The notes beneath the pieces were generated by a model. It worked only from the letters and a program-made list of their open reading frames with translations. It did no database searches and was not told the DNA's origin. Both the position numbers and the translations under genes were made by a program. Below, one piece after another: positions 19,779 through 29,316 of a stretch of DNA of 64,000 nucleotides. The stretch's first letter is position 1. Each line of letters begins with the position of its first letter. The stretch is from an uncultured Nitrospiraceae bacterium (GTDB taxonomy: Bacteria > Nitrospirota > Nitrospiria > Nitrospirales > Nitrospiraceae), in NCBI GenBank assembly GCA_963706325.1, contig CAVPLT010000007.1:640001-704000 (forward strand), given 5' to 3'.

Positions 19779-20732
19779 ATGAGACTGGTGCAGACACGCA
19801 ACAAAAGTTTGGTGTTTGGCATTCTGTTCTCTGCGCTGATCGTTGGCATTATGTTGACGATTGGGCAGGTGCCTCTCGCGGTTAGCCAACCGGTGACCAT
19901 TCCCGCGAAGGCGATCAAGGGGGCAATCCCAATGGATGGTGCGAACCCCATCTGGGAAGGAGTTCCGGGTGTCATCATTCCACTGAGCGGTCAGACTATC
20001 ACGACCCCGATGCATCCGAACATTTCGGTGAAGTCGGTGTTTGTGAAGGCGATCACCAATGGGAAGGACTTAGGTGTGCGCCTCGATTGGAGCGATCAAA
20101 CCAAGAATGACACGGCAATCGGACCGCAGGATTTTCGTGACCAGGTGGCGATCATGTTCCCGGTCAACACTGCGGGAGCTCCTCCATTCCAATGCATGGG
20201 TCAGTCTGGTGGGACCGTCAATATCTGGCGTTGGAACGCCGAGTGGCAGAAGGATCTTGGTAAGGACAGTGCCGGGATGTGGGACGTTGATGACCAATAC
20301 CCTGGCATTTTCTGGGACTATTATTTCGAAGAGCCGGCCGGTGGAGTCACCTATCCGGATCGTATCGGCCGAAGCCTTGGCCCATTCAATTCCGGTATTT
20401 GGTCCGGTAACATCATGTCCGACCCGACCCTGCGCGTCAGCTCCGTCGAGGATCTGAATGCCAATGGGTTCAGCACCCTAACCACCCAGGCCCATCAAGA
20501 TGTGATCGGCAATGGTGTGTGGGAGCCGGCAGGGTCACTTAAGGGCGGTGGATACTCAGGTCCGACGTGGCGTGTGGTTGTGAAGCGTTCGCTGGAAACC
20601 GGCGATGCAAACGACACGCAGTTCAAGGGTGGAGCTGCCGTGCCTATCGCCTTTGCGGTATGGGATGGTAACAACATCGAACGGAACGGCATGAAGGCGC
20701 TGTCCACCTGGTTTACGCTGAAGTTGCCGTAA
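19779..20732 (+). CDS. nxrC: Nitrite oxidoreductase gamma-subunit candidate (EB_dh heme b family)
   Basis: N-terminal signal/TM, FRDQVAIMFP, PFQCMGQ (Met ligand), VNIWRWNA and FAVWDG..ERNGMKALSTW (Lys ligand). RBS GAGGAGG. Follows the TorD-like chaperone. Confidence 0.8.
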   Translation: MRLVQTRNKSLVFGILFSALIVGIMLTIGQVPLAVSQPVTIPAKAIKGAIPMDGANPIWEGVPGVIIPLSGQTITTPMHPNISVKSVFVKAITNGKDLGVRLDWSDQTKNDTAIGPQDFRDQVAIMFPVNTAGAPPFQCMGQSGGTVNIWRWNAEWQKDLGKDSAGMWDVDDQYPGIFWDYYFEEPAGGVTYPDRIGRSLGPFNSGIWSGNIMSDPTLRVSSVEDLNANGFSTLTTQAHQDVIGNGVWEPAGSLKGGGYSGPTWRVVVKRSLETGDANDTQFKGGAAVPIAFAVWDGNNIERNGMKALSTWFTLKLP

Positions 20733-20797
20733 ACCAAGTAGCCCAGAGAGTATTATCCGCTCAGAAGTCGAGTAGAAGGATAGTTCAAGAATCGTAA

Positions 20798-20847
20798 AAG
20801 AAGGCCTCGAGTCGCTGCCAGCAGGGCAAAAGACTCGGGGCCTTCTT
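20798..20847 (+). terminator. Long hairpin (terminator or 3' stabiliser) after nxrC candidate
   Basis: AAGAAGGCCTCGAGTC ... GACTCGGGGCCTTCTT, a 16-bp stem with one G-U pair. Confidence 0.65.
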
Positions 20848-21005
20848 GCATGTAGAGCAGCAATTTCAATCGGCTAGCTGAGAAGAGTTCCTTGCCTCGC
20901 AGTAAGCGTGAAGGGTTGCATTTGAGCTGGAGCGGAGTGTATAAACCGATACGGTGCGATGTTACCGAAAACACTGATTTTCCTGCTTAATATAAAGATT
21001 GTCTT

Positions 21006-22787
21006 ATGAAAGTTTCACTCCTGTTTCCGCCTACATGGCATCCGTCTCAACCCTATCTGAGCCTGCCATCCCTCACAGGGTTCCTTACGCAGGCGGGGGT
21101 GAAAAGTGTCTCCCAACGCGATCTTGGCATCGAGTTGTTGGACAAGGTTCTGACTCAATCATTTGCTCATAATCTCTATCAGCAACTGGTAGCGAAACAG
21201 CGCGGCCTCGAGCGAGAACGCACGGGCGAGACCGGCCCAGGGAGCGCCGAACAACTCGCACGGATCATCGAGTCGCTCGATCGGTTTCCGTATTTGTTTG
21301 AGCGAATCGAGTTGGCAAAAGAAACGTTACGCGGAGAAGGGTTCTACGATATCGAAGCCTACCGCAACAGTCTTTTTCTGATCGATAAATGGCTTGAAGT
21401 GCTCTCCTCGCTCTATTTCCCGACACGAATGACGGTTGTCGACAATCAGTTCGGCGACTATTCCATCTACTCGTCGAAAGATTTGGTTAAGGCGATCCGG
21501 GATGAAACGCAGAATCCCTATGTCAGTTTATTTCGTGAACATGTGTTACCGTCTATTCTGACGGATCGTCCGGATTTGGTCGGCGTGTCCATCACAGCGA
21601 CCTCGCAAATTATTCCTGGTCTCACGCTCTGCCGATTAATCAAAGAACATGCGCCGGAGCTGCACGTGACGGTCGGCGGTAGCATTTTCACCAGATTGGT
21701 GGATAACCTCCGCCGCTGTCCATGGCTGTTCGACCTTGTTGACGACTTCGTAGTATTCGAAGGAGAAACGGCGCTTCTTGAACTTGTGAATCAGATGGAC
21801 GGTAGGCGGGATTTCAGTAAGGTCCCCAATCTAATTTATCGCCAGAACGGCAAAATTACGGTCAATCAACCGTTTTACTCTGAAAATATCAACCAGCTCA
21901 CGGCGCCGAATTACGACGGGTTTCCGCTCGACCTTTATTTGTCGCCGGAGCCCGTTCTTCCGGTACAATTTTCACGCGGGTGTTATTACAAGGACTGCGC
22001 GTTCTGTGCCCTGACGCTGGATCATCAAAACTTTCGTCAGCGCGACCCTGGCAAAACGGTGGATGACCTTGCCTGGTTGAAGGAGCGCTATGGGGCGCAG
22101 TCATTTTTCTTCACCGACGAATGTTTTGCCCTGTCTCCCACCAAACGCCTTTGCCAACAAATGATTGACCGGCAGTTGAACGTCAAATGGACCTGTGAGT
22201 TGCGTTTTGAGAAAAACCTCACGCGGGAATTGCTTGGACAGATGCGGGACGCCGGGTGTTTGAAAATTGTGTTCGGTTTGGAGTCGTTTAATCAACGGGT
22301 CATGGATTTCATGAAAAAGGGCATCAAGCAGGAGTCCGTGCGCCGAATCGCCGAGGATTGCGTGGATCTGGGCATCGCCGTGCACTGTTATGTGATCGTC
22401 GGATTTCCTACGGAGAAGGAGGAGGAGGCGCTTGATACGATGAACTTCGTCGTGGAAAACACGAAGCTCAACGGGTCATACGGGTTCTCTTGTCAGCCCT
22501 GTCTGTTCGATCTGGAAAAAGAAGCGCCGATCATGAGTGATCCTGGCAGTTACGGCATCCGACGAATTATGCGTCCGGCAGCGGAAGATTTAAGTTTGGG
22601 GTTCTTTTATGAAGTGCAAGAGGGCATGACTCCTGCCCAAGCCGAACAACTTTACCAGCACGTCTACGAAAAAATCAGTGAAGTCGTGTGTGAATTGCCG
22701 TTTAATTATTCGATGGCTGACGGGTTGCTATATATCGCCCGGGCCAAGTCGCAAGCATTACAGATCCCACAACCGACCGGTTCCTAA
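21006..22787 (+). CDS. Cobalamin-binding-domain radical SAM protein (class B methyltransferase-like)
   Basis: N-terminal FPP.W.P..PYL, B12-binding region LVGVSIT..Q...TVGG...FEGETAL, cluster motif RGCYYKDCAFC, then FFFTDE, FGLES and IVGFPTE. Confidence 0.9.
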   Translation: MKVSLLFPPTWHPSQPYLSLPSLTGFLTQAGVKSVSQRDLGIELLDKVLTQSFAHNLYQQLVAKQRGLERERTGETGPGSAEQLARIIESLDRFPYLFERIELAKETLRGEGFYDIEAYRNSLFLIDKWLEVLSSLYFPTRMTVVDNQFGDYSIYSSKDLVKAIRDETQNPYVSLFREHVLPSILTDRPDLVGVSITATSQIIPGLTLCRLIKEHAPELHVTVGGSIFTRLVDNLRRCPWLFDLVDDFVVFEGETALLELVNQMDGRRDFSKVPNLIYRQNGKITVNQPFYSENINQLTAPNYDGFPLDLYLSPEPVLPVQFSRGCYYKDCAFCALTLDHQNFRQRDPGKTVDDLAWLKERYGAQSFFFTDECFALSPTKRLCQQMIDRQLNVKWTCELRFEKNLTRELLGQMRDAGCLKIVFGLESFNQRVMDFMKKGIKQESVRRIAEDCVDLGIAVHCYVIVGFPTEKEEEALDTMNFVVENTKLNGSYGFSCQPCLFDLEKEAPIMSDPGSYGIRRIMRPAAEDLSLGFFYEVQEGMTPAQAEQLYQHVYEKISEVVCELPFNYSMADGLLYIARAKSQALQIPQPTGS

Positions 22788-22875
22788 TCTGCCTGCCTTA
22801 GCCAAGTCCTGAGGCTGCGAGTATCGACCGGTGTTTTTCGCGGGACGATCACTAATGTTGCACAGGAGGCTGGAG

Positions 22876-23997
22876 ATGTCTGTTATAGCCGCTACAGCCG
22901 AACGATCCACTGGACGAGTGGAAGATCAGGGCCTACTGTTCGAATACACCATCAAGCTGGTGTTAATCGTCGGTTTCTTCGAACTCGTGCTCTATCGGCT
23001 GGTTTCCCGTCTCGGCATGCATATCAGCAAGATCGCCGCGGAGCACGAGTGGGTCGGTACGACCTTTCAATTGCTCACATCTGTCGGCTTTGCCCTGCTG
23101 AATGTCGTCGCAATCTTTGTCTTTCTGGCGCTCGTTGTCTTGCTTCTGAATAGGCTGCGCGCACGTGGGATTTCGGGGGTCCACGCCGTCACGATTCCCA
23201 GCGTCGGACTCCTCTTGATTCTAACGGTCGCATTCCTGATCGTGCCGCCGGGTATGGTGGGTTCCATCGCATACAATGTCACTACGGTCATTGCTCTTAC
23301 CGCCTTGATGATCGAATACCTGTCACAGCACCAGGAGTGGTCCAAGCGGATCATGGGTGCGACCTACTATTTCGGCATTTCCGGGTGGCTGTACTACCAG
23401 ATTCTTTCCACCACTTACGGATGGATGGGGGTGATTGCGGCTCCCCCGTTGGTTTATGAAGCCAATCGTCTTGGCGAAGCGCTGATGGTCCTCGCAAGCA
23501 TCCTCGTGTTTTGGGCCTATGGCCGCGGGGTGTCGTTTCGCACTCGAAACCGACAGCAGCGCCGACGCGCTATCTGGTTCGGGGCCGTCTCTGGAGTAGT
23601 ATTTCTCGCCCTCTTCTTCATGGACTATTTCCTCGGCCTCTACAATCCGGTATTGGCCCATTCCATTCGGAAAGCCGGCGAGGGTATCAGCTGGATCTTT
23701 CAGATGGGCATGGGGTATACCTTTTACTTGCCCTTTGCGTTTTATGTTGCGGGGCTGTTGTGTTGGTCCTATACCGTGATCAGGCTTGTGACTATGGGAC
23801 GCCTGGCGGGATATGGTCTCGCATTAATGTTTATTGCCGGCTACGCGTTGCTGTTTTCAAGTTTGAGTCTAATGGTCATACTCGGGGTCATGTTGCTGAC
23901 ACTCGATCGGCCCACGGGCGTCGCGATGGAGCAGGCGGCCGTGATTAAGCCCCCGCTTGTGGACTCGCAGAATTCTCTCGTTAGCGGACACATTTAA
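22876..23997 (+). CDS. Polytopic integral membrane protein (~10 TM), function unknown
   Basis: Successive hydrophobic segments. RBS AGGAGG upstream of ATG 22876. Confidence 0.8.
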   Translation: MSVIAATAERSTGRVEDQGLLFEYTIKLVLIVGFFELVLYRLVSRLGMHISKIAAEHEWVGTTFQLLTSVGFALLNVVAIFVFLALVVLLLNRLRARGISGVHAVTIPSVGLLLILTVAFLIVPPGMVGSIAYNVTTVIALTALMIEYLSQHQEWSKRIMGATYYFGISGWLYYQILSTTYGWMGVIAAPPLVYEANRLGEALMVLASILVFWAYGRGVSFRTRNRQQRRRAIWFGAVSGVVFLALFFMDYFLGLYNPVLAHSIRKAGEGISWIFQMGMGYTFYLPFAFYVAGLLCWSYTVIRLVTMGRLAGYGLALMFIAGYALLFSSLSLMVILGVMLLTLDRPTGVAMEQAAVIKPPLVDSQNSLVSGHI

Positions 23998-24032
23998 TCT
24001 TTCCCGTCACCCAGAGAGTAGGACATGTGGCT

Positions 24033-24846
24033 ATGGATGAACAGACACAGATGACCGGCGCAGAGCAAGGCAGCGCGGCGGTAGATCCAGAAGAGCAGGC
24101 CTTGAATCCCGATGAAGAAATCACGGAGATTGAAAAATTGCTCAGCACTGAGCCGGACGATTTTCAGGCTCGATGCCGGCTGGGGGAATTGTATTTCAGC
24201 AAAGGTCGGCTCGACGACGCGTTGACCGAAGTGAAGAAATCGATTGAGATGGCCGAGGGTCTCAGGACGGAAATGAATCGGTCTCTCGCGATGTATTATT
24301 CGAACCTCGGGACCATCTACGCCACGAAAGGTATGATCGATGAGGCCGAGGCAGAATTCAAGCGCGCACTCGATGTGCATGCCTATGATGTTTTGGCCCT
24401 CTTCAATCTTGGGCCGCGTGCAGGCGGACAAGAGAAAATACATGGAGTCGAAGAACTATTACGAGCGACTCGTGGAGATTACGCCAGACGATCCGATGGC
24501 ATGGTACAATCTTGCGGGCGTCTATGTGGAATTGGACAATCCGCAAGTGTCCGACTACAACACCATGGATATGGCGATTCAGTGTTACCTACGGGTCCTC
24601 GAACTCGATCCGAAGCATTTGGAAGCCAGTTTCAAGCTGATGGAGATCGCCCTCAATCACAAAAAGACCGATCTGGCGATCAAGGTGATGGAGAGTGCCG
24701 TGGAGCACAGTCCTGATGAGCCGCTCGCCTACTACAATTTGATCAGTGTCTACGATAAGTGCAAAATGTTTGAACAGGCCGAGCAGGCTCGCCAGCGCCT
24801 GAAGGAACGATTCGCGAAGAAGGCCAAAGAGGGAGCCGCATCCTAA
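24033..24846 (+). pseudogene. TPR-repeat protein split by a +1 frameshift at ~24411-24414 (pseudogene or sequencing error)
   Basis: ORF 24027-24716 has TPR motifs up to LALFNLG, then nonsense. ORF 24340-24846 continues RVQADKRKYMESKNYYERLVEITPDDPMAWYNLA. Deleting one base in CTTGGGCCGC fuses them. Confidence 0.82.
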
Positions 24847-24870
24847 ACATGTGAGCAAAGGAGACACACC

Positions 24871-25281
24871 ATGTTTGGCAGCCTTGGTTTTACAGAGTTG
24901 ATCCTGATCCTGTTCATCGTACTGATTATTTTTGGTGCGGGGAAATTGCCTCAGCTGGGCGAAGGAATCGGCAAAGCGATCAAGGGATTCAAGAAATCCG
25001 TCCACGAGGCGGATATGATCGAAGCCGAGGCCCAGGCACAAGCCCAGCAGGCCGAGCCAGTTCAAGCACAGGCCATTCAGGCGCAGCCTGCCGTACCCAT
25101 GCCGACGCCACAGGCGGAACAACCGGTTGCGGCCGTCAACTCCACCCGCGCACGCGTAAATTTTTCGACACAACGGGCTCAGCACAGAACGGATCTAGTC
25201 AGTTATGGAAACAGATGTTCAGTTGGCGATCGGATACATCGAGACCTTCGCCGGAAACGGCAAGGCACGGAGCACAGGTGA
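24871..25281 (+). CDS. tatA: Twin-arginine translocase TatA/TatE subunit (3' end uncertain)
   Basis: [42 protein letters not shown] followed by a Q/A/P-rich tail. Confidence 0.92.
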   Translation: MFGSLGFTELILILFIVLIIFGAGKLPQLGEGIGKAIKGFKKSVHEADMIEAEAQAQAQQAEPVQAQAIQAQPAVPMPTPQAEQPVAAVNSTRARVNFSTQRAQHRTDLVSYGNRCSVGDRIHRDLRRKRQGTEHR

Positions 25282-26458
25282 CGGCAAACGTGCCGTGAAG
25301 GCAGGCATCCCTCTTCCGCATCATGTTGCATTGGACCGTGAGGAACGATGGTTGTACTTTGCAGAGTCCGGGTCTGACCGCGTGCGGCGCGTGAATCTGG
25401 CGGAAGGCACCCTCCATAATTTCGCCGGAATCGGTGAGACCTGCTACAGCGGAGACGAAGGGCTGTGCGGTGAAGCCGGATTGTATCTGCCGCTTGATGT
25501 GGCCTTTGACTCGCACAATGACCTGTACATTTGTGATTCAGGCAGCAACCGAATCCGCAAGATCGATCGCGAGACCGGGATCATCTCGACCGTGGTGGGA
25601 ACCGGCGAACATGGATTCAACGGTGACGGTGCAGCGCTGGAAGTGAATTTGACGTGGCCGGCGGCGATCGCGTTCGACGCTGACGATGTGATGTACATCG
25701 CCGATACGCAAGCGCACCGCATTCGCCGGTATGATTCACGAACCGGCCGGGTGGAGACCATCGCGGGAAGCTGGACTGCGGAAGACGAAGCTCGCGAGCA
25801 GCCGCTGGTGGCGCGGAACCTGGTCGTCCTTTCAGGCGACGCGATCGGGATTGATTTCAGTGACGACAATGGATGGCTCATGCCAGTCTGCTCGGACGGT
25901 CTCAGTCTGTCCATGTATCTCGACGATGGTCATCCGGCGATGGAGGCGCGACTGTACGATATTGTGGGCATTGCGGTCGACAAAGCTGGGGATGTCCACA
26001 TTGTGGACAAGGGCAGCAATCGTGTGCGGAAGATTGATGGCAAAACAGGGTTGATCTCCACACTTGCCGGTGTGTGCCGGTACGGATATGACGGAGACGG
26101 CAAGCTGGCGGCGAAGTCGATGCTGCACGCGCCTGAAGCCATCGTGTTCGATCAGCACAATCATGCCTATATTTCCGATACAGGCAATCATCGAGTCCGT
26201 AAGGTTGACGCAGACACCGGGCTCATCAGCACCGTGGCTGGCAACGGTGACAGCGGCTACGATGATAAGAATATGGGCGGCTGTGGCGCTGCTCGGTTTG
26301 TTGCCAAGGATGCCGCAGGTGGACTGAAGCATGGAGATGGCCTGCTGGCCGTAGAGGCGGTCGTGAATTCTCCAGTCGGGCTGACGCTCGATACGCAAGG
26401 GTATCTCTATATCTGCGAGCGGGGGGAAAACAAGATCCGTCGCGCCAAGTTATGGTAG
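25205..26458 (+). CDS. NHL-repeat beta-propeller protein with loop insertions
   Basis: Repeated P..(V/I)A(F/V)D...LYI.D.G.NR(I/V)RK(I/V)D..TG.IST(V/L)AG.G..G..GDG units. Confidence 0.88.
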   Translation: METDVQLAIGYIETFAGNGKARSTGDGKRAVKAGIPLPHHVALDREERWLYFAESGSDRVRRVNLAEGTLHNFAGIGETCYSGDEGLCGEAGLYLPLDVAFDSHNDLYICDSGSNRIRKIDRETGIISTVVGTGEHGFNGDGAALEVNLTWPAAIAFDADDVMYIADTQAHRIRRYDSRTGRVETIAGSWTAEDEAREQPLVARNLVVLSGDAIGIDFSDDNGWLMPVCSDGLSLSMYLDDGHPAMEARLYDIVGIAVDKAGDVHIVDKGSNRVRKIDGKTGLISTLAGVCRYGYDGDGKLAAKSMLHAPEAIVFDQHNHAYISDTGNHRVRKVDADTGLISTVAGNGDSGYDDKNMGGCGAARFVAKDAAGGLKHGDGLLAVEAVVNSPVGLTLDTQGYLYICERGENKIRRAKLW

Positions 26459-26535
26459 TGGCGTTCGACGGATTCATCGTTCCCAGTTGTGGAACGTATG
26501 CATGAGTTCTCACGGCTAGGGCATCGCGCCGGGGC

Positions 26536-27378
26536 ATGAGGCGAATGACGTCGGTCCACACATCCCGTACCAAGCTGCTGTATTTTCTCTCCGGTCTGCT
26601 TCTTCTCGCCCTCATTCTGGGCGGCCTTGGTATTCCCATCGTCAGTTCGGAAGGCATGATTATTCGTGCACAGGCGGTCACGGGAGACATTCCCGTCACG
26701 CCTGAAGATCCTCTGTGGCAGAAAATCTCCCCCATGACACTGCCGTTGAGCGGGCAAATCATTACCAGGCCCGTGTGGCCCGAGCCGACGGCGCATGCGT
26801 TGGCGGTCCGTGCGGTTCACAACGGCACAGACATTGCTTTTCTGCTTGAGTGGCAAGACAACACGAAAAACGATCGACTCACGCCCGGTACCTTTCGCGA
26901 TGGGGTGGCGCTGGGATTGCCGCTCGGCGATGCTCCGGCATTTTTCTGCATGGGTCAATTAGATCACTACATCAATATTTGGCACTGGAAGGCCGATTGG
27001 CAGAGTGATATCGATCGCCGGGCCGCCAGGACGACGGAAAAAGACAAAGCGGTCAGTGGTGAGCCGCGGCGCTTCGAGGTCATTCCTCGGCGAGCATCGT
27101 CGGTGGAGGATTTGATCGGCGGCGGGTTCAGTACCCTGACCACGAAAGAGAAGCAGGGGCGTGTGCAGGGCAAGGCCACATGGAAAGACGGCATGTGGAG
27201 GGTGGTGATGCGACGGCCACTATCCAGCGAAGAACAAGAAAATGAAGCGAAATTAATTCCGGGACGTATCCAGGCGGTTTCCTTTGCCGTGTGGAATGGC
27301 GAGAACAAGGAGCGCAATGGCCAAAAAGCCATCGCCCCTTGGTTTCAACTCTCGCTTGACCCTGTCACAAAAACGTAG
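26536..27378 (+). CDS. Second EB_dh-family heme b subunit (NxrC candidate)
   Basis: N-terminal TM/signal, FRDGVALGLP, AFFCMGQ, INIWHWKADWQ, SSVEDL...GFSTLT and FAVWNG..ERNGQKA. Paralog of 19779-20732. Confidence 0.82.
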   Translation: MRRMTSVHTSRTKLLYFLSGLLLLALILGGLGIPIVSSEGMIIRAQAVTGDIPVTPEDPLWQKISPMTLPLSGQIITRPVWPEPTAHALAVRAVHNGTDIAFLLEWQDNTKNDRLTPGTFRDGVALGLPLGDAPAFFCMGQLDHYINIWHWKADWQSDIDRRAARTTEKDKAVSGEPRRFEVIPRRASSVEDLIGGGFSTLTTKEKQGRVQGKATWKDGMWRVVMRRPLSSEEQENEAKLIPGRIQAVSFAVWNGENKERNGQKAIAPWFQLSLDPVTKT

Positions 27379-27437
27379 TTGTTGCTGGTAGGATGACAGA
27401 GCAACCGGTTAAAGTCTGGTTTGGTCGCGCGAAAGAG

Positions 27438-27935
27438 GTGAATACGTTGGAGGCGAGAGCCCAGAGGATCCGGTCTCTTCTGATAAAAGCCCTTTCTCTT
27501 GGAAGGGCTTTTTCTGTATGTGTGGCTTTGCTCACCGCAAATGGGTGGAGCAGCGCGGCCAACGCGGACACCGGCACGACCACCAACGGCGAGATGACGG
27601 CAGAGGAAGCCATCCAACTCGGAGAAGATTTCGGGATTGCGGTCGGCGAGGTCGACGAAGAGATTCGAAAAGAACTGAAGTTGCAACGGGCGGAAGGTGT
27701 CGCCGTGTTTGAAGTGATCGGCAATTCCCGCGCAGACTATGCAGGCATCAAGGTGCGGTCAGTCATCAAGGAAATTGATAAAAAGGAAGTGCGTTCCCTC
27801 ATCGATTTCGGGAAAGCCGTCAAGGCTTCGCTCAAAGAATGTAATTTCACGGTTGGAACCTACGAGCCGGCAGATCCTGGCGATCCGGTCGGGTGGGGTG
27901 TAAACTTCCATTTTGTGGGCTGCAAGCGAGATTAG
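27438..27935 (+). CDS. Small exported PDZ-like domain protein (start uncertain)
   Basis: FGIAVGEVDEEIRKELKL...GVAVFEVIGNSRADYAGIK...VIKEID resembles the HtrA PDZ2 domain. AxA-type cleavage site SAANA. Confidence 0.7.
   Translation: MNTLEARAQRIRSLLIKALSLGRAFSVCVALLTANGWSSAANADTGTTTNGEMTAEEAIQLGEDFGIAVGEVDEEIRKELKLQRAEGVAVFEVIGNSRADYAGIKVRSVIKEIDKKEVRSLIDFGKAVKASLKECNFTVGTYEPADPGDPVGWGVNFHFVGCKRD
27485..27514 (+). terminator. Terminator-like hairpin downstream of the second nxrC candidate
   Basis: AAAAGCCCTT/AAGGGCTTTT stem followed by a T-run. Overlaps the 5' part of the next ORF. Confidence 0.5.
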
Positions 27936-27952
27936 ATCAGGATAGACCGAGC

Positions 27953-29260
27953 GTGAACGACACAGGACGACTGATACAAAAACTCGCGATGGGTGGGCTC
28001 CTGCTGATCATGGGGGTGCTGAACGTTACCTTCCATGAGCGGGCAATTGCCCAGAAGACCGACGGCCAGGCTCCGCCTGATTGGGTTGCCGAGATTGAAA
28101 AGATTTTTATTCGGTCCGAAGACTGTAAGCAGTGCCACGATCGACATTACGAGGAGTGGAAGGGGATACGGGAACAGACTCCGGACCTCAAATCTTTCGG
28201 CCGGGTCGACGCGGCCTTGCTGCATGGAACCGCCTTTGAATCGCCGGTGTTTCGCACTGTCTTAGGTTTGTGGATGCAGACGAATCCGACTGTGCAAGAG
28301 CGACAGCGTTGCCTGTCGTGCCACGCACCAGCGGTGACAGTGTTTCCGCAACATGTGGAAAAAATTGTCGCGCAGGTTTTGTCCGGCAAGCCCCAGGTGG
28401 AGGGAATCGGTTGCGCCTCATGTCACCTCATCAATGCAGTAGAAACCACGCAGCAGCCCCCGCCGACCTACAAAGTGCAGCCCGGGGAGATGCTCTACGG
28501 ACCCTATGCGGATCCGGAAGAGAACCTCGTGCATCCGGCGACACAATCTTCGCTTTTCCGTGGCGCGAATTTTTGCACGTCCTGTCATTTCGACAAAGTG
28601 AAGGACGTCACGCAGAAAGATTTGCCCGGAGAAATCCTGCAAGGTACGATTTGCCAGGATTGCCATATGGAACCCTCTACCGGAAGTTCGACCTCGAAGC
28701 GTGGTGCGATGACTCGGGCGATCGGCCGGCATTGGTTCCGTGGGGTGGTCATTCCAGGCACCTTGTTGAAAAATCGCAATCTGCAGGCAGAATGGATGCC
28801 TCGTATCGAAGTGGAGGCAACGAAGTCTGGGACAGGTGTAGAAGGTACCGTGCTGGTGAAGATCGGGAGTTTGCCTCATAGTTTTCCAGACGGTGACCCG
28901 GTCTTGAAGCAGTTCCTGCTATCGATCACGACCAAGGATGCGCAGGGCAATGTGCTTGGGGAGGAGACGAAGCGGTTTGGCCTACCATACGAAAAGATCT
29001 TGCGTGGTCCGATTCCCGATCCTTTCATCAAGGGTGGGAATACACGTCGCGTGCCGTTTTCGCAGGCCCTGAAGGCCGGGGGAGAGCCGGCGAATATCGA
29101 GGTTGTGCTCAGCTATGCGTTGATTCCCGAGCCGGAGGCGGAACTCAAAGCCAAGTATCTGGCGACACTGGCGAACGAGCAGGAGCGCGCGACCGCGAAG
29201 AAGGTAATCGAAGAATACATTCAGCCTCGTTTGCTGACTTACCGGGTTAAGTCACTCTAA
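27953..29260 (+). CDS. Periplasmic pentaheme c-type cytochrome (c554-like N-terminus)
   Basis: Five CxxCH motifs (CKQCH, CLSCH, CASCH, CTSCH, CQDCH) and a signal peptide. Confidence 0.88.
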   Translation: MNDTGRLIQKLAMGGLLLIMGVLNVTFHERAIAQKTDGQAPPDWVAEIEKIFIRSEDCKQCHDRHYEEWKGIREQTPDLKSFGRVDAALLHGTAFESPVFRTVLGLWMQTNPTVQERQRCLSCHAPAVTVFPQHVEKIVAQVLSGKPQVEGIGCASCHLINAVETTQQPPPTYKVQPGEMLYGPYADPEENLVHPATQSSLFRGANFCTSCHFDKVKDVTQKDLPGEILQGTICQDCHMEPSTGSSTSKRGAMTRAIGRHWFRGVVIPGTLLKNRNLQAEWMPRIEVEATKSGTGVEGTVLVKIGSLPHSFPDGDPVLKQFLLSITTKDAQGNVLGEETKRFGLPYEKILRGPIPDPFIKGGNTRRVPFSQALKAGGEPANIEVVLSYALIPEPEAELKAKYLATLANEQERATAKKVIEEYIQPRLLTYRVKSL

Positions 29261-29316
29261 GATGCCGTGCTGGCTGTGACGTGCAGAGACCAAGGGATGC
29301 ACGATGTGCGGAGGAT

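Noticed and set aside
21006..24846. RiPP biosynthetic cluster (radical SAM + TPR + HExxH)
   Set aside because: No short precursor ORF or peptide exporter was seen, and the context is NXR assembly genes. A remote precursor cannot be excluded.
25021..25135. GCCCAG/GCACAG-type repeats as a tandem repeat or CRISPR
   Set aside because: Low-complexity Q/A/P coding tail of TatA with no constant repeat-spacer structure.
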